Shown: positions 11,778 to 24,075, counted from the first letter of the whole stretch. The stretch is 63,929 nucleotides of DNA, filler included, from Pirum gemmata (GCA_002812295.1; 14 parts of 14 records of this genome joined end to end with filler, not necessarily neighbours in it); one strand, 5' to 3'. Notes: generated by a model from the letters alone, not told the origin. Translations and numbers: made by a program.

Positions 11778-13508
11778 TTATTTTACTGTTTTATTATTAT
11801 TATTATTATTATTATTCGTTTGAATACTACAGCCAATATTATTATCATTAGAATTGTAGTTATAGTGATAATTGTTGAAGTTATTGCCGCTGCTGGTGTT
11901 TTTGTTATTATTACTGTTGTAATTATAATTGCTATTGCCATTATCATAATCATCATAACTATTGTTATCGTTGTTACTAATGTAGTTGTTGGTCATATCA
12001 TCTTTAGTAATGGGAATGTTGTTGACGGTATTGTTATTATTATTATCATCCTTATGATTGTTGTCATTACTGTTATTATTGGCGTTAAAATTACCATTAA
12101 AATTACCTTTATCCAACTCAGTAGAATCCGTTTTCTTGAAATTATTAATAGCATCGTGACTTTGACTATTTACAAATCCACTTTCACCTTTTGTTTTTGA
12201 TAAAACCTGAAATCGTTTACTTTGGTTATCAGTTAAATCAACACAGCTCTTATTATCATTACTATTACTATCGTTATTAAGCCCTTTACTTTTACTTCCT
12301 TTAAAAGTCTTTTTTACAAAGTTATCTTTATCAATATCTTTATCATTATTACTGCTATTGTTATTGCTATTGTTATTATTATTAATATCAGTATCAGTAT
12401 TACTATTACTATGAGAAGTGTTGTTATTACAATCGAAAAAACTTGATTTATCTTGACTTCCTTCATTAAAATAACGGTGGCGAGAAGAACAATAACGATG
12501 ATTATAGTTGTTGAACGACGAATTTCTTTTTGTCAATGCAGAAGCTACAGTAGGGGTGAATGGTGGTGGTTGTGCGTAAGAATTGTGAGCTCGCTCAGTT
12601 TCTTCAGCCGCGGCATCCGCAGCTGCAAGAGCGGCCGCGGTTTTTAATGATGTCGAAGTTGGTGTATTTCCTGCTGAATTTGTTTCGAAACGTGTGCGTG
12701 CATTCGTAATCAAAATAGCACTACTATGATTATTATTACCATTATTATTGATACTTATACCGTTGATGCTGTTGATACTGATACTGCTTATGCTATTGAT
12801 GTTGATATTATTTTTATTGTTAATGTTGTTATTGTTGTTATTATTTGGATTGTTGCTATGATTGTTGTTGATGCAAATGTTATTATTCATGCTACTAATG
12901 TTGATGTTGCTGCTGTGGTTTTCGTGGTTGTCATGTATATCGTGGCTGTCTTGGTTGTGGTTGTGGTTGTGGTTGTGGTTTCTAATGTTATTGTTGTTGT
13001 CGTTGTTGTTAACATTATTATTATTGTCGTTGTTGACGACGTTGTTGTTAGGAATGTTATTATTATTATACCGAGAATTTGTCTTATCACTACTAGTAGT
13101 ATATATACTATTATTCACGTATTTAAAATTACGATGTTTGTTGCTTTGTTTGTTATTTGGTTTATTATTATTATTGCTGCTGCTTTTACGATTTAGATTC
13201 ACCGTGCGAGGGGCAGTTCCAATAGGTTTACTATTGCTATCTCTATTGCCATCTCTATTGTTATTAAGGTTATTGCTAATGTGGATAACTTTGCTTCGTG
13301 AAGATTTGTTGAGTTTGTTATTCTTTCTGTTATTTTTGTTACCCTTACCGTAACCAAAACTTTCAGAACTATTCAGAATTTCAATATCAAAAACACCAGT
13401 GCTATCAACATCGGCATTATTGCCCATGTCTACAGTGTTATATTGATTATGGCATTTAGTTTTTTGGGCAACAGAAGGATTTATCGATTTATTCACAGTA
13501 ATATTCAT
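11778..13508 (-). CDS. Asn-rich low-complexity protein of unknown function (possibly one exon of a larger gene)
   Basis: 576 open codons with non-repetitive segments (e.g. ARTRFETNSAGNTPTSTSLKTAAALAAADAAAEETERAHNSY) between poly-N tracts; no recognisable domain. Confidence 0.65.
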   Translation of the reverse strand: MNITVNKSINPSVAQKTKCHNQYNTVDMGNNADVDSTGVFDIEILNSSESFGYGKGNKNNRKNNKLNKSSRSKVIHISNNLNNNRDGNRDSNSKPIGTAPRTVNLNRKSSSNNNNKPNNKQSNKHRNFKYVNNSIYTTSSDKTNSRYNNNNIPNNNVVNNDNNNNVNNNDNNNNIRNHNHNHNHNQDSHDIHDNHENHSSNINISSMNNNICINNNHSNNPNNNNNNNINNKNNININSISSISINSINGISINNNGNNNHSSAILITNARTRFETNSAGNTPTSTSLKTAAALAAADAAAEETERAHNSYAQPPPFTPTVASALTKRNSSFNNYNHRYCSSRHRYFNEGSQDKSSFFDCNNNTSHSNSNTDTDINNNNNSNNNSSNNDKDIDKDNFVKKTFKGSKSKGLNNDSNSNDNKSCVDLTDNQSKRFQVLSKTKGESGFVNSQSHDAINNFKKTDSTELDKGNFNGNFNANNNSNDNNHKDDNNNNNTVNNIPITKDDMTNNYISNNDNNSYDDYDNGNSNYNYNSNNNKNTSSGNNFNNYHYNYNSNDNNIGCSIQTNNNNNNNNKTVK

Positions 13509-13946
13509 GTTTTTTGTTTTTGTTTTTGTTTTTGTTTTTGTTTTTGTTTTTGTTTATTATTGTTATTGTTTTTTTATTTTCGAACGTTTCTTTTAGTTAT
13601 TAATATGGTTGTTTGGGTTGTTGAATTGTTGTTAACTTTATTGTTTATTTTTGTTGAATCTTTGTTATTGTTGTAGTTTGTTTGTTTGTTAAAATTTATA
13701 ATTTACTTTGAGCTTCGAATTCTACAGTGCTGTTCTTGCACATTATTACTTATCATTATTGTTATTGTTATTGTTATTGTTATTGNNNNNNNNNNNNNNN
13801 NNNNNNNNNNNNNNNNNNNNNNNNNNNNNTTAATTAATTAANNNNNNNNNNNNNNNNNNNNNNNNNNNNNNNNNNNNNNNNNNNNATTATTATTATTATT
13901 ATAATTATTATTGTTATTCTAATTATTTTTGTTATTTTATTTTTAG

Positions 13947-14619
13947 CAAACTACAAATAGTTCGTTAAGGCTACTATCCTCCTCCCCTAAAGAGGAAGGA
14001 ATGAAAAGAATTGCAGAAATTGAATGGCAATTTGAAAATAACGACGAAAATAAAATAAGCAACAACAACAACTACAACAACAACAACAAAAACCAAATCA
14101 TGTACAACGACAACGACAACAGCAATAACAACGATAACAAAAATGACAATGGCAACAATGAATATTATGACGATTACAGTAATAACTATGATAATGACAA
14201 TAATAATGATGATAATGATAATGATGATAAAATTTATAATAATAATAATGATAATAACAATAATAATAATAATAATAATTTCCAAAGTCCTTATGTTAAT
14301 CAAAGTTTTATATCATCAAGATCAAACTCTCTAGATAGTCCAAATAGTAGTAGAATAATGTCATATGGTAATTCTCAAGTGCCGTTACGTCGCCTTTCTG
14401 GGCAGAGTGCAACTATTGAAAGTATTAGTCAAGGTAGGTCTAGCTCTATTGAAAGGGGTCCTCAAATTAATTCCCATAAAAAGAATACTAAGTGTAATAA
14501 TTACAATAGTAATAATAATAATTCGAATAATAATGATACTAATAGTAGTAATAGTAGTATTAACAGTATTAGTAACTATTATTCACCTCAATCTCAATCC
14601 CAACAAAATGGCGTAGGTT

Positions 14620-14656
<37 letters not shown>

Positions 14657-15623
14657 GGATAACAATATTAGAAGTAATAGTATTGGGAGTAGTCGTAGGA
14701 ATAGTAATGGAATATCAAAAGGGGGTAATGTTGGTAATGTAGTATTAGTTCATGGCGGTGAAAACATAGGTATTAAGAGTTCAAATAGTGTTAAAGGACG
14801 ACCCCGCAAAGCTTCTATGACCCCACAATCGCAAGGGCCCAACTTAGCATCACAACAACATTGTTATCCAACCCAACCACCATCACAACCAACATCAGGA
14901 CCACACTCACAACATTATCAACAAAGCGTCCCCTCTCCTCGACAAGAACCACCTAACTCACACCAAAAACCTCCACATCATCATCGTCAGCAGGTACAGC
15001 CACGTTATCACCAGGCAGGACCCCCGCAACAACAGGAACCACATCATCATCATCGAGCAACATATCATCAGCAGGAACATCATCCTGAGGGGACAACAAT
15101 GGATCTTCCACAGGAATCCCTGGTGTATCATCAGTCGGGAGCACCGGGACATACTCCGCCGGGGATACCGGGAAATAATCCTCCGGGAGCACCAGGACAC
15201 AATCCGCCGGGAGCACTGGGACACAATCCGCCGGGAGCACCGGGGCATCATCAGCTGGGTCCACCAGTACATCTTCAACAGGGATCACCTGCGATTCATC
15301 AGCAGGGACCGGTTTATCAACAACAGGGACCGGTTTATCAACAACAGGGACCACCACCACCACACCGGGAATCAATCCCACAACAGGAACCACTACCACA
15401 GCAGGGACCCCCATCTAATCAACAGCGTCATACTCATACACATTTACAAGGGCAACCACCCACGGAACAACAACCACTTGTGCAACCCCAACCCCAACCC
15501 CAACCAACAATGGATTACCCCCACCAACAGCAACCACCTCAAACTGAACCTTATCACCCTAATCAACCAAATTATAATCAGTACTATGACCAAAATACCA
15601 GGAATTGGCGACAACAATATTAA
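13947..15623 (+). CDS. Terminal exon of an Asn/Asp- then Gln/Pro/His-rich disordered protein
   Basis: T-rich tract and TTTTAG acceptor at 13945-13946, CTAAT branch-like motif near 13919; frame open from 13947 (QTTNSSLRLLSSSPKEEG) into the 540-aa ORF; G[AI][PL]G[HN][NT]PP repeats. Confidence 0.75.
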
Positions 15624-15961
15624 GTAATGACGGGTTAGGGTTTTGGGTGATGGTTAAGCAATATTAAGCAAGGAAAAAGATAAATATAGAAAGATGAATA
15701 TAGAAACTATTGGATAGTGATAATGGTGATTGGTCAAAGTGATGATGGTGATAGCGATGGCGATGGGGATGGGGATGTTGGTATCGGTGATGGGGATGGT
15801 AATGGTAATAATAATGGTAATGGTGATGATTATCATTACTTTGTAACTTTATTTGCTGGCAGGACCACAAATAATAATTGTTTAATTTTTATACATTGAA
15901 CTTTTTTTAAAAAATCAAACGCGCTGGCGTAAATAATTTTGTTTTTTTTGTTTTTTTTTTT

Positions 15962-16007
<46 letters not shown>

Positions 16008-16086
16008 TTTTTTTTTTTTGTTTTTTTTTTTCTTTTTTAATAAACAGTTTTAATTTTTAACATGATCTCTTTAAGAATTATTTATA

Positions 16087-16150
16087 AGGTAGGGTTAGGG
16101 GTTAAGGTTAGGGTTGTGTTTAAGGTTAGGGTTAGGATTAGGGTTAGGGA
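16087..16150. repeat. Degenerate (TTAGGG)n tract
   Basis: Read directly. Confidence 0.75.
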
Positions 16151-16743
16151 TAAAAAAAAAGTAAACAAGTTTAACTATTTAAGTTACTGTTTTGTTTTTT
16201 CGGTTTTGTTTTTGTTTCGTTTTCTTTATTAAATTTCAAAAAAACGATATTTGGTTTCCTTTAATATCACAACACAAAGTAACAAACTGTTTTTTGACTT
16301 TATTTGTTTCTGTTTTGTTTTAATTACAAAATACTAAACAGTTTTGTTAGTTATTTTTGTTTTGTTAGTTTGTTAGTTTTTATCCTTGAAAAAAATAATG
16401 GTCATTCTCATGGTTGCCATGGTAACCATTAAAAAAAGCAAGTTACTAAAATGTCATTAGATCTCGAAGGACTTCATATTAAATGTATATCAAACCAAAT
16501 TTTCAGAAAGAGGAGGATATTTGTTTTTACTTTTTAACAATAAAAACCATCTTTCTGATTCTAGAATTATCATAACTAATAAACAAATAACTATAATAAT
16601 TTCAACACATTTTTGTTAATGTATATGTGGGGTCATAACTAATATAATAAACCAATAACCCAAATCCTAAAACACAATAATTGTGCAAGTTTGATCAATA
16701 TTATCATAACCAATAAACTAATAATTATAATAGTTCTAATACA

Positions 16744-16789
<46 letters not shown>

Positions 16790-17146
16790 ATTATTATTAT
16801 TATTATTATTGAAATAAATCCCGAAAATTGAACTAAATAAAATAATGCAAAATAAGGCGTTTCTTTTATTAGTAAAGTTAGATTATTTAATTTTTTGTTT
16901 GCTATTTATAATCAATATTTTAAAATTAAACCTAAATAAAATAATTCAAAATAAAACATTTCCGTTATTTATAAAGTTAGATTATTTAGTTACTAATAAT
17001 TTATGCCCATGAATATTCTCTACTTTATAGATTTATCGTTTTCATTACTATTCTTAAGATCAGAACACTTAGTGTCTCCAATATAGTTGCTATTCGAAAA
17101 CTAATAAGTAAAAAGGGGAAAAGAGATTTTAAAAGAAAGAAAATAA

Positions 17147-18313
17147 TCATTCGTAGACACGAACATAATCGATTTCAAATTCCATTTCTCTTACACCATG
17201 GTCTGGGTGCGACCCCCAACCTGGTTGAATTGCGAGATTAACTATAAAATAAAAAGGATTATTATCATCATAAGGCCAGTTGTAAGAATTAGGATTAGAA
17301 GGTCTTCTTGCTCTTCCTATTTCTTTGCCATTGTAAAAAGCTGCAATGTAATCTCGGCGTTTTTCAATACCATAAGTACCCCATTTTGCTAAATTACCTG
17401 GTCCATGTGCAATTGTGTTAGAATCACCACCATGATGTTCCCCATAGTGTAAAGTCATTGGTTGCGAACTCCATACACTTTGGTATTCTATAATATCAAT
17501 TTCTCCATTTTTTGGCCAGCGTCCATATTTAGTACCCAACATCCACACTGCGGGGAAAGCACCTTTTAGTGCTGGCATTTTGCAACGGGTTTCAAAGTAA
17601 CCGTAAGTAAATTCTTTTTTCCCACGCGTGTTAAATCTTCCTGAAGTCCACCAATTGCTATTTTCGTTTCTTGTGGCTTTTAAAATAAGGTTGCCGTTTT
17701 CAATTCTATGATGATTTTGATTGTATGTTTGGTGCTCACCATTTACATTCAAATTTTTGTTTACACCATTCCATACTTCATCGTTTATTTTATTACCATT
17801 ATTAAATTCATCAGACCAAATAAGCTTGCCCCACTTTCCACTAGATTCTACTGGTTCCCCGGATATAGGTAGACTTTGCTGAGAGGTAGGACAGCCAACT
17901 CCGTCTTCATTAAAACCTATACATTTCCCTCCTGTACCATTGCATTCATCATTTGCTTCTGTTACACCATCACCAGTACATTTTCCAGCATGTTGACTCC
18001 AGCCATTTACATTAAATATACAACCGCAATCGTCCTTAACAATATTTACTGTTTCTTGTTCACTTTGTTGTGGTACAGGTAATGAAAAATCAGAAAAATA
18101 TTCACTTTGTTGCTGCACAGATTCACTTTGTTGCAGTACAGGTAATGAAAAATCAGATAAAGTCATTGGAAACTCTAGTGGAATAGGTTCTTTCGAAACA
18201 CGTCCAAAGACATTATCGTATGAAGCACCATTTGCCTCTTTTTGAAGCAACATTATCATCAAAAGAAGTAATGTCATTTTACCTTCTTTTTGTTGGTTTG
18301 TGTTGCTGACCAT
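17147..18313 (-). CDS. Secreted glycoside hydrolase family 16 (laminarinase-like beta-1,3-glucanase); likely start at Met13 (18277)
   Basis: GH16 motifs LIWSDEF, WTSGRFNT, FTYGYFETRCKMP, GAFPAVWMLG, WPKNGEIDIIE (catalytic ExDxxE), PFYFIVNLA, EIDYVRVY; hydrophobic leader MTLLLLMIMLLQKEANGA; intronless. Confidence 0.95.
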   Translation of the reverse strand: MVSNTNQQKEGKMTLLLLMIMLLQKEANGASYDNVFGRVSKEPIPLEFPMTLSDFSLPVLQQSESVQQQSEYFSDFSLPVPQQSEQETVNIVKDDCGCIFNVNGWSQHAGKCTGDGVTEANDECNGTGGKCIGFNEDGVGCPTSQQSLPISGEPVESSGKWGKLIWSDEFNNGNKINDEVWNGVNKNLNVNGEHQTYNQNHHRIENGNLILKATRNENSNWWTSGRFNTRGKKEFTYGYFETRCKMPALKGAFPAVWMLGTKYGRWPKNGEIDIIEYQSVWSSQPMTLHYGEHHGGDSNTIAHGPGNLAKWGTYGIEKRRDYIAAFYNGKEIGRARRPSNPNSYNWPYDDNNPFYFIVNLAIQPGWGSHPDHGVREMEFEIDYVRVYE

Positions 18314-18484
18314 TGTTTTGTTCTTGTTTTTTGTTGTTTTTTGTTTATGTTTTTTTTATTATTATTATTTTTTTTTTTTTTTTTNNNNNNNNNNNNNNNN
18401 NNNNNNNNNNNNNNNNNNNNNNNNNNNNTTAATTAATTAANNNNNNNNNNNNNNNNNNNNNNNNNNNNNNNNNNNNNNNNNNNN

Positions 18485-19182
18485 AATAATAATAATAATA
18501 ATCTAAGCAGCAACAACAACAACACATATCATGATAATAACATTACTAATGAATTAGATAAGGTTGAAAATAATCGAGATTGTAAAAGTTATCAAAAAAC
18601 TTTTATTTTTCGCATGTTTTTGCGCTGGGGTTACGTATCCATAACTTGGTTAATCGCAATTGCTCTACCTTTTTGGGGGTAAGTAATAAACCTTATTCGT
18701 ATTTTTTAAAATTGATATCATAATAATAATAATAATATAATAATTGTAATAATAATTAAATGAATATAATATTTTTCGTCTTTTTTTGTTAATGTTAAAC
18801 TAGTTTTTCAACAATATTTTTTGAAAAAGCATATACATGTTTATATTTAGCATTACTAATGTATTCATTTCTTCTCCTACTTCCTTTATTTTATTTTTAT
18901 ATATTACAAAGTGATATAATGGCATTATTTGGAGCGTTGGCTAACGTACCCATTTCGTTTATTTTACCATGTGTTTTCTATCTTTTGTATAACAAAAAAG
19001 TGCTTAAATTGCAAAGTATCTCTACGTGCGATGTTAATAGAATTGAAACTCCCATAAATTTGATGGAAAAAATCTTTTTATATGTGGTGGTGGTAGTGGC
19101 TACTTTTATTAGTGTAGTTGGGGTTATTGCTTCTATTAGACAAATTGTAATGGATTCTTCCACGTTTTCTTTCTTTTCATAA
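18485..19182 (+). CDS. 3' part of an amino acid/auxin permease (AAAP, Aa_trans) family transporter; exons <18485-18678 and 18912-19182
   Basis: Splicing GTAAGT (18679) to AG (18911) gives FRMFLRWGYVSITWLIAIALPFWGDIMALFGALANVPISFILP, the typical AAAP C-terminal signature; TACTAAT branch-like motif near 18854; 5' end cut by contig edge. Confidence 0.85.
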
Positions 19183-19199
19183 ATTATTTTTGTTTTTTT

Positions 19200-20225
19200 T
19201 ACTGTGTGCTTTCCATCTTATTTCCATGTGCGTTGTTAATAGAATTTTAACCCCCCATACATTTGATGGAAAAAATCTTTTTATATGTGGTGGTGGTAGT
19301 GGCTACTTTTATTAGTGTAGTTGGAGTTATTGCTTCTATTAGGCAAATTGTAATGGATTCTTCCACGTTTTCTTTCTTTTCATAAATTATTTTTATTTTT
19401 TTTACTGTGTGCTTTCCATCTTATTTCTGTGTGCGATGTTAATAGAATTGAAACGTCCATAAATTTGATGAAAAAAATTATTTTATATGTGGTGGTGGTA
19501 GTTGCTTTCTTAGTAGTAGTTGGAGTTATTGCTTCTATTAGACAAATTGTAATGGATTTTTCCACGTTTTCTTTCTTTTCATAAATTATTATTGTTATTA
19601 TTACTGTGTGCTTTCCATCTTATTTCTTCTGTGCGTTGTTAATAGAATTTTAAGCCCCCATAAATTTGATGGAAAAAATCTTTTTGTATGTAGTGGTGGT
19701 AGTGGCTACTTTTATTAGTCTAGTTGGAGTTATTGCTTCTATTAAGCAAATTGTAATGGATTCTTCCACGTTTTCTTTCTTTTCATAGATTATTATTGTT
19801 ATTATTACTGTGTGCTTTCCATCTTATTTCTTATGTGCGTTGTTAATAGAATTTTAAGCACCCATAAATTTGATGGAAAAAATCTTTTTATATGTGGTGG
19901 TGGTGGTTGCTATTTTTATTAGTGTAGTTGGAGTTATTGCTTGTATTAAATAAATTGTAATGGATTCTTCCACGTTTTCTTTCTTTTCATAAATTATTAT
20001 TGTTATTAATATTAACTGCGTGTTTTATATCTTTTGTATAACAAAAACTTGCTTAGACTGCAAAGTATTTCTATGCGCGATGTTAATAGAATTGAAAAAC
20101 CTGGAAATTTGAAAGGAAAAACTTTTGAATGTGGTGGTGGTAGTGGACTGTAGTGGTTACTTTTATTAGTGTAGTTGGGAGTTATTGTGTCTATTAGGCA
20201 AATTGTAGTGGATTCTCTCACGTGT
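19200..20225 (+). repeat. Five degenerate tandem copies (~200 bp) of the transporter's last transmembrane segment and stop region
   Basis: GTTAATAGAATT...TTTGATGGAAAAAATCTTTT...GGAGTTATTGCTTCTATTAG...GATTCTTCCACGTTTTCTTTCTTTTCATA recurs with about 200-bp period; last copy most diverged. Confidence 0.9.
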
Positions 20226-20716
20226 TATTGTTAGTAATATTATTGTAGCCATGTAGTTGAAGATATTTTATTGTACTTAGTAATTAGTTTATAGAATCTC
20301 ATTTTTTGTAGTACGAAAGCTCAAAAACATCCACTATTGCTACATAAAACTTTCCAAAATTTTAATAACAGCTATCAATTTATCTAATTTGACATGATAA
20401 AATTTATTATACTAGTTAAATAAGTTCAACCAAATAAATAATCGATTTTTTAATATCTGACTTTCATTCCAAGTATACAATCCTAATTAGGTTAAAATAT
20501 GACAATATAACCATAAATAACCAACACACTCCCACATATATATATATGATAAAAAATACAAACCATACTAGTATGAATAATCATAGTTATAACATATATA
20601 GTATTAGACGATTATCATAACAATTATGCATTCATATAATAATATCAATAATTATGTATAATACGTAAGTTTATTATTTTGGTTATATCGATAATAATTA
20701 TAATATTATGTAATAA

Positions 20717-22587
20717 TTAATACACACCAACTACACAACCAGAATCACTATATTGAAAAGTATAATTCTCATCACAGTCACCATAATCATTCATAACAAA
20801 AACTCCTTCCTCGGGTAACCTAAAAGTATTTCCACTTTGATCAACAAACTGAAAATAGTAACTAGCACAACCGCTTTCCTCTACAGCCACATCACCTCCA
20901 TACCCCCCATTTTGACTATCGCCCGTAATTAAACTCAAGTCATTTTCAACCCCATTAATCACAACCACAGCAGAAGCAACCCCACTGCTAGCACTATAGT
21001 AACTAGCCATAAAATGTGCTGATCCACTTTCAACAGAATGCTCGTAAATCGCATCTACAAAATGACTACCACTTTTGATAGCATTGCTAGATTCATAAGA
21101 TTTTTGATTAAAGTCACCAACAGCTCGAAAGCCATAAAAACCATACCCAGCCCTGATGTTTTTTTCGTTAAAAACAATTTTGCAATGTCCTTCACTTTGA
21201 AACCATGCTCTCATAGCGCTAGCCGCATTTCTCCCCCCACCGAAAATAATTTCCCCACTCCACGTGGTATCAAACGCGCTGATACGGGAGCTTACCGAGG
21301 TACTGTTATCAAATAGATAAGCATACTTATCACAAGTGTTATGTTGAAAAGTGCAATCTGCGTCACTTAACTATAATAATATATATATAATATAATGATA
21401 TGTAATATTTAGTGTAATATCATTAATAATATGCAGTTAATTATATTTATTAAAGAAAAACTAAAGTACAAATTTGAGTCATAATCACAATCAACATAAT
21501 ATTATATATATATATTAATTATAACAATACTATTACTCTTAAATTAGTTATTATATTGTGTTGTGTTAAAAAATATGGGTTTAGAAAAGGGAAAAACGTG
21601 AATCACAATTAATATTTACAATCAACATTTTAAAAGCTATTTATAATAATATAATAAAAGGTAGATTGACAAAAGAACAGCTTCAAAACGTTAACCCTAA
21701 TTATAATAATATACATAAAAGTTATTATTAATTAATTAATTATAAAGATTACTTACCATTTCTCCTTTTTTCTTTGCGGCTTGAGCTAGGTTTGATGACC
21801 ATTCCGCAGGTAAACCTACCGTGGTGTTACATGCAAAAGTGACGGGACCATAATAATTGTAAAAATCGTCCGGTCCTTGTCGAGCTAAATTATTAATAGC
21901 AAGCATTTGTCTTTCTAAACGTGTACTTACTACCCCATCGTTATACTCATTATTTTCGGCACATAAGCCTTCAAAGTCTTTGCAATAAGGAGAAGAATCC
22001 ATTAGGTTGTAACCTGTGTATGAAGTAGTGGCTGTACAAACTGATGTCGTACTTGTATCTATATCAGTACTAGAAGTTGTTGTTACGCCAGTTGCCGTTG
22101 TGGTAGTTGATTGTTCCGTAGTCGTAGTCGTAGTAGTAGTAGTAGTGGTGGTGGTTGGTTGTATAGAAGTAGTGCTAGAGCTAGTTGCTATCGTAGTGGT
22201 TGGTTGTATAGAAGTAGTGCTAGAGCTAGTTGCTATCGTAGTGGTTGGCTCTATAGATGTAATGCTAGAGCTAGTTGCTATTGTTGTGGTGGTTGGTTCC
22301 TCCATAGTAGTAGTTAATATTGTGGTGGTGGTGGTGGTATAACTTGGAGGTGGTGGTTTGGGGCCACCTCCCCCACCGCAGTTTCTTTTACAACCACCAC
22401 CACCACCACCACTTCCTCCTCCACCCCCACCTCCACCTCCACCACCTCCACCACCTCCACCTCCACTTCCACCACCACCACCTCCTCCTCCTCCTCCTCC
22501 ACCACCTCCACGTTGTGCCAAGCAAACATCAGTCGCACATAGTATGATAGCCAAGGCGATCCAAAGCGATGCCGATAATTTGACCAT
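20717..22587 (-). CDS. Secreted CAP/SCP-domain protein (bacterial-type) with poly-Gly and Thr/Ser-rich stalk and a C-terminal beta-rich domain; exons 22587-21757 and 21370-20717 (about 494 aa)
   Basis: Signal peptide MVKLSASLWIALAIILCATDVCLA; phase-0 intron GTAAGT (21756) to TAG (21371) joins two ORFs in frame; CAP motifs LAINNLARQ, WSSNLAQAAKKK, FQHNT, SGEIIFGG, AMRAWFQSEGHCKIVFN, AGYGF. Confidence 0.88.
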
Positions 22588-23080
22588 AGTGAGAATTACT
22601 TAAAAAAATTTAATATATTATTATTTCAAGAATGTATGTAATTATGATTATATTTATTATATAATTAAATATATCATTACATATATTTATTGGTATTACA
22701 ATATTATAATATTATATTATTTTATATAATGTTGGCTATAAATTTATTTTTTTGTTTTTTTACTCTTTTGTTTTGTTTTATTTTATTTTTTTGTTATTTT
22801 TTTTATTATTATCATCGATATTTATACTTGTTTTATTAGGCTGCTCCAGGCAAAAGGCCTATATAATATATTATATAATAATATAGCTAGATCCTTTATT
22901 TTTAAAAATATATATATTATTTTATTATTTTTTTTCATTTTTTTTTTCATTTTTATTATTATTATTATTATTTCACTTTTNNNNNNNNNNNNNNNNNNNN
23001 NNNNNNNNNNNNNNNNNNNNNNNNTTAATTAATTAANNNNNNNNNNNNNNNNNNNNNNNNNNNNNNNNNNNNNNNNNNNN

Positions 23081-23107
23081 GTTAGGGTTAGGGTTAGGGT
23101 TAGGGTT
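23081..23107. repeat. (TTAGGG)n tract at contig start
   Basis: GTTAGG x4 directly after the linker. Confidence 0.85.
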
Positions 23108-23185
23108 ATAATAATAAATTAGGTTGCAGTAGTAGTAGTAGTAAATTTATAATTATTGAGCAACACTTTCAGACTATTCATTACA

Positions 23186-23249
23186 GAACAATAACAATAA
23201 CAATAACAATAACAATAACAATAACAATAACAATAACAATAACAATAAC

Positions 23250-23290
<41 letters not shown>

Positions 23291-24075
23291 TAACAATAAC
23301 AATAACAATAAGAATAACAATAAGAATAACAATAAGAATAACAATAAGAATAAAATAATAATCAATAATAATAATAATCAATAATAAAAATAATCAATAA
23401 TAATAATATTCAATAAAATACATCCGATAATGTTTGGCTAGTTGGCGACATTGAACCAGGGAAAACTGCTCATTTCTCAAATTTCTTATACCAGAAAGAC
23501 TCACTTTACCTCACTTTACCACCGCATTCAAGAAATTTAAATATATTTCAAATTTCTTATAGTAGAAAGACTCACTTTACCACCGCAGCAGCAAGCAGAG
23601 CTCATATATCAGATATATATGATACCAACAAGTTCAAGATACTAATTTAATTATAACATAGACTATGTCACTACAATCACAATAACAACGTGTTAACAAT
23701 AACAATAACAATAACAATAACAATAACAATAACAATAACAATAACAATAACAATAACAATAACAATAACAATAGTAATATTATAACAATAACAATATAAA
23801 AATAACAATAACAATAACAATAACAACAATAATAACAGTAACAATAACAANNNNNNNNNNNNNNNNNNNNNNNNNNNNNNNNNNNNNNNNNNNNNNNNNN
23901 NNNNNNNNNNNNNNNNNNNNNNNNNNNNNNNNNNNNNNNNNNNNNNNNNNNNNNNNACAATAACGTTAACACTAACAATAACAATATTATAACAATAACA
24001 ATAACAATAACAATAACAATAACAATAACAATAACAATAACAATAACAATAACAATAATAATAGCAATAATACCT
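23186..24075. repeat. (AACAAT)n/(AAT)n microsatellite blocks with an internal N gap
   Basis: Read directly. Confidence 0.85.

Noticed and set aside
11820..13676. Hydrophobic ORFs overlapping the Asn-rich gene (likewise those overlapping the genes at 14001, 17147, 21736, 46833 and 50720)
   Set aside because: Antisense or alternative-frame shadows of the real coding frames.
15135..15260. Collagen-like repeat
   Set aside because: Period is eight residues, not continuous Gly-X-Y.
23081..23107. True chromosome telomere
   Set aside because: G-rich strand at the left end of a contig is the wrong polarity, and similar tracts are interstitial throughout.
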